A DNA stretch of 62,532 bases, the filler included. It is 4 parts of 4 records of this genome, joined end to end, with 100 filler letters (N's around TTAATTAATTAA, not from the genome) between each part and the next. Parts side by side here need not be neighbours in the genome. Positions count along the whole stretch, not along the records: positions 14,633 to 20,782 come from DRR723986_15969; positions 20,883 to 46,671 come from DRR723986_16005; 2 more parts are not named here. The stretch is one strand, 5' to 3'. Below the pieces are notes generated by a model that saw only the letters and a program-made list of their open reading frames with translations, did no database searches and was not told the DNA's origin. This document shows positions 17,010 through 26,707 of this stretch, in pieces (the first letter of the stretch is position 1; each line of letters begins with the position of its first letter). The position numbers and the translations under genes were made by a program.

Positions 17010-17918
17010 TTACCCTGAGTTATGACCGCGCAGGAGTTTGCTCTCCTCGTGCACCAGGTCGCCGAAGGCCATCGCGGCCGGCGTCAGGATGCGCCCCCTC
17101 GCATGCGTCAAGGCAATGTCCACCCCTGTCGACCCCATCTCGACGGGCACCTGGACGACGTTCCAGCGCGACAGGATCTCGGGCACCACGAGCGAGGGGA
17201 AGCTGCAGACGAGATCCGAGCCTTCCAGCACCGAAAGGATCGACAGGATCGAATCCGACAGCAGGACCGGCTCCTTCGCGGCGATCCCGTTGGCCTCGAG
17301 GAAATCCGCGTAATAGGGGCGGCGGCCGCGTGGACCGATCGCCGCCCAGGGGGCCTCGCCCAGGATCTTCGGGTCCGTCGTCAGCGCATAGCGCGAGTTC
17401 GCGCCGGTCAGAAGCGCCAGCCCCGTTCGCAGAAGCGGTTCGGCAATCAGCCCCGGTTCACCCCCGGATGACGGGCCCGGCCCGATGACGAAATCGGCTT
17501 CGGCACTGTGCAGTGCCGTAAAGGCCTTGGGAGCGTGGCCATCCCGGATCTGCACCCGAATCCCACGGAACCGCGATCCGAACCGGGCCATGACCGGCGG
17601 AATAATCTTCATTGCTGCCAGCGGCGAGACGACCACGCCGATCTGCCCGGTCAGTTCGCCGCGGCGTTGCGCCAGATCCTCGTCCAGCGCGTCGAGGTCG
17701 CGCAGGATGCGGCGGCAACGTTCGACCACGCGCGCCCCGTCCGAGGTCATGTGCGCGCCATGCGCGCCCCGATAGAACAGCTGCACACCGACATCTTCCT
17801 CGGCGCGCTTCAGGGCCTTGGTCAAGGCCGGCTGCGTCTTGCCGATGCGCCTTGCCGCCGCGCCAAGGCTCCCGGCATCGGCGATCGCGACGATAAGCTC
17901 GACATGGCTGGGATGCAT
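17010..17918 (-). CDS. LysR family regulator
   Basis: GSLGAAARRIGKTQPALTKALKRAE; AAGGAG SD before ATG 17918. Confidence 0.9.
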   Translation of the reverse strand: MHPSHVELIVAIADAGSLGAAARRIGKTQPALTKALKRAEEDVGVQLFYRGAHGAHMTSDGARVVERCRRILRDLDALDEDLAQRRGELTGQIGVVVSPLAAMKIIPPVMARFGSRFRGIRVQIRDGHAPKAFTALHSAEADFVIGPGPSSGGEPGLIAEPLLRTGLALLTGANSRYALTTDPKILGEAPWAAIGPRGRRPYYADFLEANGIAAKEPVLLSDSILSILSVLEGSDLVCSFPSLVVPEILSRWNVVQVPVEMGSTGVDIALTHARGRILTPAAMAFGDLVHEESKLLRGHNSG

Positions 17919-18525
17919 GGGCCGCTCCTTGTGGTGCGGCAGGCTGGCATGGCGTCTTGGCCTTTCGCAAGACGTCTTGCGTGCAACAAGGACTTCAGCG
18001 ATGGCGCAAGCCAACGGGAGACCGGACAACGGTCGTAAACTGCACCACACACGAATTGAGTATGCCATGGGCTCCAAGCCGCCTTGCGGCGGCGCAGCAC
18101 AAAACCCGGTTTGCACGTCATCTGAATGTCGGCTTCTGCTGAAGCCGCCCGGCCGCTCCACGATCGCAGCGAAGGTCTGCTCTCCGCCCTTCCCGCAGCG
18201 GTTGGCAAGATGCTGCGCTGCGGAAACGTCAGGGCTTCGATACGTACCTGACGATCAGCGAATGTTCGATTTCCGTTCCATCTCGACGAACACGACTCCA
18301 GTCGACGTGTTCAGATGGTATCTCTAGAAAGCATTTTTGTTTCACTGTCCTGCAAGGAATTCACCGAATCGGCGCAGTCATGAGGTCTGGAGAATATCGG
18401 GCCAAGAGAACCGATTTTGAGGTAGCCAAGGGCACGGCTGTGTTCACCCTGGCCCGCAAACCCCTTTGAGAACACGCAAAAATCGGGCCGCAGCCGGATC
18501 GGGAGAACGCTTTCGCAGGGGCAAG

Positions 18526-18550
18526 TGGCGGAGCGATTGGCATTCGAACC
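18526..18550 (-). mobile_element. Degenerate tRNA(Ser-like) 3' end; probable att remnant of an integrative element
   Basis: Minus strand GGTTCGAATGCCAATCGCTCCGCCA has the T-loop, G discriminator and CCA at correct spacing, but the T stem does not pair and there is no 5' half. Confidence 0.55.
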
Positions 18551-18701
18551 TGTGTGATGCCAAATAAGATCAACGCTCCGGCTACCGGCGCTTTGCCACG
18601 GAAATTTCTATTGCAGTTCAGCATCATAAAAGCGTTATGTTATCATGGATGTGATATCTTCAAGCGCTTATCCAGTCTCTTGGCATTCCAGGACCAGTCC
18701 C

Positions 18702-20171
18702 ATGCGTACCAGTCTCAGTCACCCTCTCCAAATCGCTGTTGTCCAAGCCGCCGGCACGCCCGGTCGGATTGGCATCACCTTTTGTCCGGGCAAGGTCCAG
18801 CCCGGCGCTATGTCAGGCAGCTGGAACCGGAGCCTCGCGCTCGATCTCGATGCGGTCGAGGCATGGGGCGCCGTGGCGGTGGTGACACTCGTCGAGCAAC
18901 ATGAACTGGAAACGCTCTCGGTGCCGGAATTGGGCGCTGCTGTCGCTGCCCACCACATGACGTGGTTCCATCTGCCGATCCCTGATGTCGCGGTGCCAGA
19001 TCCCGCGTTCGAGACCCGCTGGGAATCCGTCGGTCGCGACTTGCGTGACCGGCTTCGTGCAGGGTTCCACTTGGTTGTGCATTGCAAGGGCGGGCTGGGA
19101 CGCGCGGGCACGATCGCCGCGAAGCTGTTGATCGAGCTCGGCGAGACGCCAAAGGCGGCCGTCGCTCAGGTCCGAGCCGTTCGACCGGGTGCCATAGAGA
19201 CGGCGGAGCAACTGGCCTTCGTGCTGCGCCAGCAGCCCCGCCCGGAGGAAGAACCGAACACATCCGCCAATGCCGTCCGGGATCGCGCCATCGGGGCCAT
19301 GCTTGGACTCGCGGTGGGTGACGCGGTCGGCACCACGCTCGAGTTCCGGGCGCGCGACAGCTACGCGCCGCTGACCGATATGGTTGGGGGTGGCCCTTTC
19401 GCACTGCACCCCGGCCAATGGACGGACGACACCGCCATGGCGCTGGCCCTCGCCGATAGCCTTGTGCAGCAGCCCGATCTCGACGCCGCCGACCTTATGC
19501 ACCGCTTTGTCGAATGGCACGAGCGTGGGACCTATTCCTGCACCGGGCACTGCTTCGACATCGGCATCACCACGCGGCAGGCCCTGTCGCGCTGGAAAAA
19601 GACCGGTGATCCGCTGGCGGGCTCCACTGACCCGATGAGTGCGGGCAACGGCAGCTTGATGCGTCTTGCGCCGGTTGCCATCCGACATTTCCGCGACCGT
19701 GCCCGCCTGCGGGATGTCGCGGCACGGCAGAGCCGAACCACCCATGCCGCGCCTGAGGCGGTGGACGCCTGTGTCGCCTACGCGGAGTGCCTTGCCGACG
19801 CGATCGAGGGGCGCCGGTGGTCCGAAGTCCTGCGCGACCGTGCCGACCGCTTTGCCGGTGCCATCGATCCGATCTTGGCTGGATCCTGGCGCGGCAAGCC
19901 GAGGTCCGAGATCCGCGCCTCCGGCTATGTGGCGCATTCGCTGGAAGCAGCCCTCTGGAGCGTGGGGCGATCCGGCGTGTTCCGCGAGGCGGTGCTGACT
20001 GCGGCAAACCTCGGCGAGGACGCGGACACCACGGCGGCCATCGCGGGCCAGCTTGCCGGCGCTCTCGGCGGAGCTGGAGCAATTCCGGCGCCTTGGCTGG
20101 AGCGACTCGCTTGGCGGGAGCGGCTTGGCACGGTCGCCGAGGCGTTGGTGTCTGAGGCGATGGCGACCTGA
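18702..20171 (+). CDS. CDKN3/dual-specificity phosphatase - ADP-ribosylglycohydrolase (DraG/ARH) fusion
   Basis: PTP P-loop HCKGGLGRAG and HLPIPD; ARH motifs GDAVG, GQWTDDT, GNGSLMR, TTH, GEDADTT. Confidence 0.9.
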   Translation: MRTSLSHPLQIAVVQAAGTPGRIGITFCPGKVQPGAMSGSWNRSLALDLDAVEAWGAVAVVTLVEQHELETLSVPELGAAVAAHHMTWFHLPIPDVAVPDPAFETRWESVGRDLRDRLRAGFHLVVHCKGGLGRAGTIAAKLLIELGETPKAAVAQVRAVRPGAIETAEQLAFVLRQQPRPEEEPNTSANAVRDRAIGAMLGLAVGDAVGTTLEFRARDSYAPLTDMVGGGPFALHPGQWTDDTAMALALADSLVQQPDLDAADLMHRFVEWHERGTYSCTGHCFDIGITTRQALSRWKKTGDPLAGSTDPMSAGNGSLMRLAPVAIRHFRDRARLRDVAARQSRTTHAAPEAVDACVAYAECLADAIEGRRWSEVLRDRADRFAGAIDPILAGSWRGKPRSEIRASGYVAHSLEAALWSVGRSGVFREAVLTAANLGEDADTTAAIAGQLAGALGGAGAIPAPWLERLAWRERLGTVAEALVSEAMAT

Positions 20172-20459
20172 AGCAGGGGGCGTCGTCGCCTGCCTTTCCC
20201 AAGGCGCGGCGGCAGTCCGGATCTTATCTTGCAACCGAAGCTGCGTAGAATTCCTGCCCGATGAGGTGTCTGCGATGGTCCCGCATCCCCTGGCTCGGGA
20301 CTTTGGCCTTTGCCAAGGGATTGTTTGCCACTGGTCGGACCTATGACCCTCCATCCATTTGGATGGGGTTGGCATGACCGTTAGTGCGGAAACAGGCTTT
20401 CGAGAGCGGCGCGATGTCGTTGATTGTCATGCAGCGGTCCAGTTTCATTAACTCCAGTT

Positions 20460-20705
20460 TCACTGCCGAGACATTTGTCCCGGTATGATTTGTCTCGGTA
20501 TGGACAGCAGGGTTTGACCGTCTGCCCACTCCGCCCAATCTGCCAGATCTTTCTTGAGGCGCTTTGGGAGTTTGTACCCGAGGGCCTCGAGTGCGGTGTC
20601 AACATCATGCAGGTAGCCGGTCGCAAACTCGGTCACCAGACCGTGATTCCGCTTCAGGTCACATCCGCCCTGCGGGTAGCGATGAACCACGAGCATTTCT
20701 AACGG
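20460..20705 (-). pseudogene. 3' remnant of a gene interrupted by IS
   Basis: Protein-like reading frame whose apparent N-terminus lies inside the IS end. Confidence 0.4.
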
Positions 20706-20782
20706 GTAATCCCCCCCGATGTTAGGGGGATGCGGAAGTAAAATTTTCACGGCAGGATGAACGAGGAGATTCCGATGAAGAA
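20706..20782 (+). mobile_element. IS3-family (IS407-group-like) left end with start of transposase orfA
   Basis: GTAATCCCCCCC...GAAGTAAAATTTTC...GAGGAG-N6-ATGAAGAA at the contig end matches my recollection of IS407-group left ends. Confidence 0.6.
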
Positions 20783-20882
20783 NNNNNNNNNNNNNNNNNN
20801 NNNNNNNNNNNNNNNNNNNNNNNNNNTTAATTAATTAANNNNNNNNNNNNNNNNNNNNNNNNNNNNNNNNNNNNNNNNNNNN
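20783..20882. other. Artificial contig linker
   Basis: N44-TTAATTAATTAA-N44. Confidence 0.99.
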
Positions 20883-21266
20883 GGACACCGGCGCATCAAA
20901 CTGGCGAAAGCCACGCAAGATCCAGTCATTTCGGGCGTCCTTGTCGTGGCGCTCGATGCCCATAACGCCGAACAGTTGCTTGGCTACTTCAATTTGGCGC
21001 GTGCGGTGCGGGCCATCGTCGTAGGCATGGCGCACGCGTATCTCGCGGCTATGCGGCACGCCGCCCACGTTGCGTTCCACATTGCCTTTGCGAATTTCGT
21101 CTAGCGGCTCACCGGTCACAACAGTCATATTCCATGGCTGGGTGTTGAAGGATGACGGTGCGCGCATGGCGAGGCCAATAACCTCTTTGATGACATCTTT
21201 CGGCACCGGTTTGTCCAGAAACCCGCGCGCACTGCGCCGACCCATCACCACATCATCATACTGCAT
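20883..21266 (-). CDS. Nitroreductase family protein (3' truncated)
   Basis: RRSARGF, APSSFNTQPW, QFDAPV. Confidence 0.9.
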
Positions 21267-21465
21267 AAAAAGTCCCTATAAAATTGGCCAATTACTTTGA
21301 TTTGTAAGCTAGCGTGAGGAAGCAGGATGGCAAGTTTGCTAACAACTGATCAGTTTAAGCCTTCATCAGGCGCTTTTTAAGAACAGCCTGCCGCATTTTT
21401 TTGGCTTGCCAACGATTATTAACTAGTTTCAACGTTCAAAACCTCAATTTTCTGGGAAGCTGACT

Positions 21466-22356
21466 TTGCCTCTATCTACGATCAGTAGTATTCTTCTACT
21501 TGCATTTGGCCTGGAAGGCCCATGGTCTCCTGATGGCAAACAACTTGCCTATAGTTTCATCGGCGGACCTGAAAATATTTATCTTATGGATGAGGCTGGC
21601 AAGCCTGTAGGCCTTGTTGTCAGAGATGTGCGCGACTTCCGGCCAGTATGGGCACCAGATGGCAGCCATGTTTTGTTTACATCGGCTATTGAAGGGGGCC
21701 ATGTGGTTTCGCGCATTGATCCTGACGGTAAAAACCTTCAAGCGCTGACTAAACCTCAGGAAGCCGCCGGTGACGCTGACTACATGCCGGATGGAAAGCA
21801 TATTGTTTTTGCCACTGAAGACCCGCTTGAGCGCAATTTGTACATACGCAACCTTAAAACCGGCGAAACAAAAGCCCTGACAAACACGGATAATTTTGAT
21901 GAGATGAGCCCACGCGTCAGCCCAAGCGGCGAACAAATTCTATTTGTGGGTGCTGTGAAGCCAAAAAGTGAAAACACCCCTGAACCTGAGAGCGATATTT
22001 GGATTTTAGACATAAAAACCGGCGCGTTGCGCAATTTAACGGATTCACTTGCGGAGGGCGAATTTCATCCAAGCTGGTCAAATGACGGAAAAAGCATAAC
22101 CTATATTCGAGTTCAGAATGGTGAGTTTGATGTTGCCATTCGAAACATCGAAACAAGGCAGGAAAAAATTGTAGCAACCGGCAACGGGTATGCGGTTCTC
22201 TCACCCGCCTTCCGGAAGGGCGACAAGGCTATCAGTTTTACTCGAACTGATTTCGCGGAAAAAGGGCCTAATATGCCGGCAATTGTTATGGTCTCACTAA
22301 TTGACGGGCGTGAAACTCAGCTGGCCCGGGTACCCTATGTAAACCCAAAACAATAA
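21466..22356 (+). CDS. TolB-like beta-propeller (PD40 repeat) protein
   Basis: Repeated WSPDG/WAPDG/PSWSNDG motifs. Confidence 0.85.
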   Translation: MPLSTISSILLLAFGLEGPWSPDGKQLAYSFIGGPENIYLMDEAGKPVGLVVRDVRDFRPVWAPDGSHVLFTSAIEGGHVVSRIDPDGKNLQALTKPQEAAGDADYMPDGKHIVFATEDPLERNLYIRNLKTGETKALTNTDNFDEMSPRVSPSGEQILFVGAVKPKSENTPEPESDIWILDIKTGALRNLTDSLAEGEFHPSWSNDGKSITYIRVQNGEFDVAIRNIETRQEKIVATGNGYAVLSPAFRKGDKAISFTRTDFAEKGPNMPAIVMVSLIDGRETQLARVPYVNPKQ

Positions 22357-22358
22357 GA

Positions 22359-22380
22359 AAGGGCCGCCGAAGCGACCCTT
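22359..22380 (-). terminator. Intrinsic terminator between convergent genes
   Basis: Minus strand AAGGGTCGC-TTCG-GCGGCCCTT followed by a T-rich tract. Confidence 0.7.
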
Positions 22381-22387
22381 AAAATGA

Positions 22388-25183
22388 TTACTTCAAGTCA
22401 TTCCAGAACATAAGCGCGTTATAGAAAAACGCATGGTCATGATGATTCAGGTGCCGGTGCAGCGGGTTCCAACCAAACAGAATGGCTTGCCCGTCGCCCA
22501 CGGTGGTTTCCACAATCGCCGGCGCACCGTCCAGTTGGCCTTTGCCGCTCAGGATACCACCAGAAAGCACCAAGGGTGTTTTCTTTTTATCCTTTTTGGG
22601 TTCTGCACCCTTATCCTTGAGCCATGGCCGAACGGTTGCTTCCTTGGTGCCAAACTGTGCCACCATAAGGTCGCGGTCGTCTTTACCCACGCTTAGGAAA
22701 GGCACATTACCCCGGAAAGCATAAGTGTTGTTCTCATAGCCAAATGTTAGCGGTGACGTCGCATCGCGGATGGTCATGGTGATGAAACTACCCGGCGTGT
22801 TCACGCGCGGACGGCTCATGCTGACATCGGACGTAATACCGCTTTCCGCCACCAAGCTACCACCAGATGCGAGGCCAATGAAAGTACCGCCATCATTCAT
22901 AAAGTCTGACAAGGACGCCATGCCGTCAAAACCATAACCGCCGGTAATATCAGGCGAGGATACAATACGCCCATGGCTTGGTGTTTCCTCTGTGGTTTCA
23001 TACGCCAGCGGTGACCATTTTTTATCAACACCGTTGATCAGGTTTTTGAGTGTGCCGCGCCGACCGAAACTAGGCGCAATGATCACATCATATTTGCTAT
23101 TCAGATTGCCTGCTTTCAGCTCGGTTTTCTCAATGATGCTGTATGGCACTTTGGCTTGGTCAAGCGTATAGCGCACCCAGCCCGGGTCCTGCGTTGAGAC
23201 CCAACTATGCAACAAGCCAATACGGGGCGCGTCTATTGTAACGAGCTGATCTTCGTCTGGCAGACGGCTCACACCGTCCACCTCTAGAAGCGTGCGGCTC
23301 ACAACTTCGTCAAGCACGTCACGATCCACTGTATCGGCTTCAATGAAAATACTGCCTGCGGGGTAGGTTTCGCCGCCTGCTTTCACTTCAGCTTTCGCTG
23401 CCATCATGGTGGCGCCAGCAAGGGCAAAGCGCAGCTCGCCAAGGCCTTCCTGTCCCTTATGTGGCACCACATAATAATTGGCGCGGCGCGGCAGGCTGTT
23501 GGTGTCATAGACATCTGCACCGCGACTAGCGGCTGTCATGTCCGCTTCTAAAACACTTCCGTCTTTTACGAAATGTGTGTCCACACCGCGCAGCAAACCA
23601 AGGGTCCAGGCCACATCGTCATAGGGCGGCACATCCACATCTTCGGGGAATTTTTGCTTCTCGAACATGGACTTTGCAAATGGGCCGTAGGGTTGGTCCA
23701 GCCGAATAACCGCATCGCCTTTCGCCACCTCAACATCACCGTACTCACCGTTTTTACTGGCGATATGCACCTCAATGCCTTGCTCAATGGTGAGGTCAAT
23801 CAGCTCACGGGCGGCGCCTCTGTCCCGCTGTTCAGCAGGAATAATAATGGCTTTATGATCGCCCGGCTTCATGGCTGCGGCAGATTTGTCATAAAAACTG
23901 CGCACAAGGTCTGTGCCGTTTTTCGCGGCATATTCAAGCGAGGCATACACTCCGCTCGACATATAATTCACATTATTCCGCATGGACCACAGCGTTTCTT
24001 CAGAAGGCGGGCTGGGGCGGTACCATGTTTTCTCAATGGTCTTGTCCCCGGCAAAGCGGCTGTCGCCCAGATCACGCAGCATGGTCTCTGACCCGCCGTT
24101 ACCGAAGGTCTCGTAAAAACGGCCGTTGGAGTTACGGTTGTTGGTCACCCACAGCATATAGCCGGGCCACCAGCCAGTGTAGAAACCCCACGTCCAAACG
24201 CCGGGCATGCCCTTTGATGTCAGCTTGTTAACCTCATAATTGGCGATGGAGGCCCATTCTGCCACCGTGGCGGCAGGCACGCCGGGGTTATACGGCCCGG
24301 TGCCAGTTGCCACATAAAGGTATGGCACGCTTTCGTGCAAATCCAGCGACAAGGTTGGCTTATATTCCATGAAAGTATTTAGGTAATTTTTGCTGATCGG
24401 CTGCGTGAGGCCAATGGCATCCCGGTTGTTGTCGTGGAAAGTATATTTGCCCCAGAAAGGCGGGCCTGATGGCGGCCGGTCATAATAATCGGTGCGGCCT
24501 TTGTTATGCTTCAGGAACCATTCTGTAGAGCGGTTACGGCCATCTACCTCAAACACTGGCGTGATCATGGTGATCACATTTTTGCGAATATTCTTAAAAA
24601 TTTCACGGTCTTCCGCCGCAACACGGTAAGCAATTTCCATCGCGGTTTCGGGTGGCCCATATTCCGTGGAATGCAAGCCTGCCGTTATCCAGTAAATTGG
24701 TTTTGCGCCGTCAATAGCGGCTTCGGCATCGGCTTCGCTCATACCGCGGGGGTCGGCGAGCGCGTTCAAGCGGGCTTTATAATCGTCGATGTTAGCCAGT
24801 GTTTCCGGATCGGCGATAACGATAGCAATCATCTCGCGCCCTTCCGCAGTGGTGCCGATATTGATCACCTCAGCCCGGTCTGTGCCGGCAGCGATGGCCC
24901 GCATGTAAGCGTGGATTTCATCCACATTGGTCATTTCACTTTGTGCACCGGCGATGTGACCGAGGAAATCACGGGGGCTTGGGATGGTTGGGTGGTCCGG
25001 CATCACGGAAACCCAATCGTTCAAAAAACGCTTTTCAGTGGTAGCCGCCAGAATGGCATCGGTGGACACTTGGTCAACCGGCAACCCGCCAACGGTATTT
25101 TCTTGCCCACCCACGGACGGCGCCAGCATAGCCGCAAACATGGATGCACCCGTTAACAGGCGCAGTTTTATTGTGAATTTCAT
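22388..25183 (-). CDS. Secreted M14 zinc carboxypeptidase-family protein with C-terminal GATase-like domain
   Basis: Signal peptide; GLHSTE (HxxE), DNNRD, LDLHE. Confidence 0.88.
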   Translation of the reverse strand: MKFTIKLRLLTGASMFAAMLAPSVGGQENTVGGLPVDQVSTDAILAATTEKRFLNDWVSVMPDHPTIPSPRDFLGHIAGAQSEMTNVDEIHAYMRAIAAGTDRAEVINIGTTAEGREMIAIVIADPETLANIDDYKARLNALADPRGMSEADAEAAIDGAKPIYWITAGLHSTEYGPPETAMEIAYRVAAEDREIFKNIRKNVITMITPVFEVDGRNRSTEWFLKHNKGRTDYYDRPPSGPPFWGKYTFHDNNRDAIGLTQPISKNYLNTFMEYKPTLSLDLHESVPYLYVATGTGPYNPGVPAATVAEWASIANYEVNKLTSKGMPGVWTWGFYTGWWPGYMLWVTNNRNSNGRFYETFGNGGSETMLRDLGDSRFAGDKTIEKTWYRPSPPSEETLWSMRNNVNYMSSGVYASLEYAAKNGTDLVRSFYDKSAAAMKPGDHKAIIIPAEQRDRGAARELIDLTIEQGIEVHIASKNGEYGDVEVAKGDAVIRLDQPYGPFAKSMFEKQKFPEDVDVPPYDDVAWTLGLLRGVDTHFVKDGSVLEADMTAASRGADVYDTNSLPRRANYYVVPHKGQEGLGELRFALAGATMMAAKAEVKAGGETYPAGSIFIEADTVDRDVLDEVVSRTLLEVDGVSRLPDEDQLVTIDAPRIGLLHSWVSTQDPGWVRYTLDQAKVPYSIIEKTELKAGNLNSKYDVIIAPSFGRRGTLKNLINGVDKKWSPLAYETTEETPSHGRIVSSPDITGGYGFDGMASLSDFMNDGGTFIGLASGGSLVAESGITSDVSMSRPRVNTPGSFITMTIRDATSPLTFGYENNTYAFRGNVPFLSVGKDDRDLMVAQFGTKEATVRPWLKDKGAEPKKDKKKTPLVLSGGILSGKGQLDGAPAIVETTVGDGQAILFGWNPLHRHLNHHDHAFFYNALMFWNDLK

Positions 25184-25284
25184 GATAGACCCCTTCTCAA
25201 ATAATCTTTGAGACGGAAAGCTAGACCATATTCAACGATCCATAAAGCGGGAATCTTGAGTATCAGAATACGAGACCAAGATTA

Positions 25285-26313
25285 TTAGCTCCCGGACTCA
25301 CTGGCCTTCAACTTTTCAAGGTTTTCCTGCGCCCTTCTAGCTGATGAAGAGAGACCTATTTTCAGAGCAATTTCATATGCCTTTTCGTAAGCTTTTATCG
25401 ATTTCTGCCTGTTATTCTTCGCCGCGTGAAACTTTCCAGCTGCAAGCTGCGCCCGCACCATACCACCCGGTGATGCCATTTCATCCGCAGCTTTCAAAGC
25501 ATATTCGAGCGGCGCAGAAGCTTCATCAAGCCTACCTGTATCTGTGAGTGTAGACGCCAATGTGATGGCAGCAAACATTGCCGGGTCTTTCAAGCCACCT
25601 CGAACGCGGTCAGCGAAGGACTGTTCAAAATACGGAATTGCCGCAGTTTGGTCGCCAGACAAGAGGTAAATGAAGCCCACATGCCGGCCATAATCTGCCA
25701 GCATGACAGGGCGCGGTGTGCCCGACCCGCGCTCCAGAACCAACGATCGATTAAACCAAATGCGTGCCTTTTCCATTTCGCGGCGCTGGAAATAAATCAA
25801 CCCCAAGGTATGAACAGCATCAGCTTGGCCAAAAATGTCTTTTGCTTCGGTGAAGGCGGCCAAGGCTATTTGGCCATGCCTTTCAGCCTCTGTAAACTGT
25901 CGCCCTGCCATTTCTGCCCGGTAATAATATTCAGCCCTTACGAGTGAAACGCGCGCACGGGCTAAAGAGTTAAGGTCAGTTGCTAATTTGGCTGCGGCTT
26001 CCACATGGTCAAAACTTTCTGCAACAGGGCGTGTATTTTGGTGCAGGCCTATGCGGTCATAAATGGTTGAAAGTTTTAAGTGTAACTGCACCTTTTGTAG
26101 TTTCGTTGTCTCAGCACATTCCACCGCGGCTAACGCCGATTGTTTTGCTGCCTCTAAATGCCCTAAATTATATGCCTGCTCAATATGTTCCATTTGCGTG
26201 GCATAGGGTCGACAGTCCTCAGCATAGGTCGGGGTGGCAAAGCCCAGAACCAGAACTGTTATTATGCGAGCAGTCGTTTTTCCATTGATCATTGATATCC
26301 CCCAATTTGCCAA
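25285..26313 (-). CDS. Secreted TPR-repeat protein
   Basis: Signal-like N-terminus; TPR-like helices (TLGLIYFQRREMEKA, VGFIY..GD..AAIPYFEQS). Confidence 0.75.
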   Translation of the reverse strand: MANWGISMINGKTTARIITVLVLGFATPTYAEDCRPYATQMEHIEQAYNLGHLEAAKQSALAAVECAETTKLQKVQLHLKLSTIYDRIGLHQNTRPVAESFDHVEAAAKLATDLNSLARARVSLVRAEYYYRAEMAGRQFTEAERHGQIALAAFTEAKDIFGQADAVHTLGLIYFQRREMEKARIWFNRSLVLERGSGTPRPVMLADYGRHVGFIYLLSGDQTAAIPYFEQSFADRVRGGLKDPAMFAAITLASTLTDTGRLDEASAPLEYALKAADEMASPGGMVRAQLAAGKFHAAKNNRQKSIKAYEKAYEIALKIGLSSSARRAQENLEKLKASESGS

Positions 26314-26422
26314 ATCACATTGAAACTGACTTGATGGGCGATGAGCGGCAATAAAAATGCGATAGGTTGACGCGCTCGCGAGTTGGCAACCAGCTCCCTT
26401 GATTACTGTGCGACAAGGGCGG

Positions 26423-26499
26423 TGGTGATCCCGGGTGGATTCGAACCACCGGCCCCCAGATTAGGAATCTGGTGCTCTATCCAACTGAGCTACGGGACC
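26423..26499 (-). tRNA. tRNA-Arg (anticodon CCT)
   Basis: GGTCCCGTAGCTCAGTTGGATAGAGCACCAGATTCCTAATCTGG...GTTCGAATCCACCCGGGATCACCA; 77 nt cloverleaf. Confidence 0.97.
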
Positions 26500-26707
26500 A
26501 TGTAAGCCATCTGGCACCGGACTTACCGACAATTATGCTATTGGTCAACATCTTGCACACCCTTCATGGTAGTGTTTTGCCCTCACTAAATGTATTTGGA
26601 TCGATAACAGGTAAATAGCTTATCAATTTACCCAGATTAGACTCGGTGATTTCGGACATCTGCATTATGCTGCCATGAGCACAGGGGGCTACCTGGAAAG
26701 GTGGTAG

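Noticed and set aside
18526-18550. Functional tRNA gene
   Set aside because: Only the 3' 25 nt resemble tRNA and the T stem cannot pair; kept as an att remnant.
18813-20375. 520-aa minus-strand ORF
   Set aside because: Antisense shadow of the phosphatase-ARH gene.
20883-26499. Genomic island integrated at tRNA-Arg
   Set aside because: No integrase, no duplicated tRNA 3' end and no obvious composition shift within the contig.
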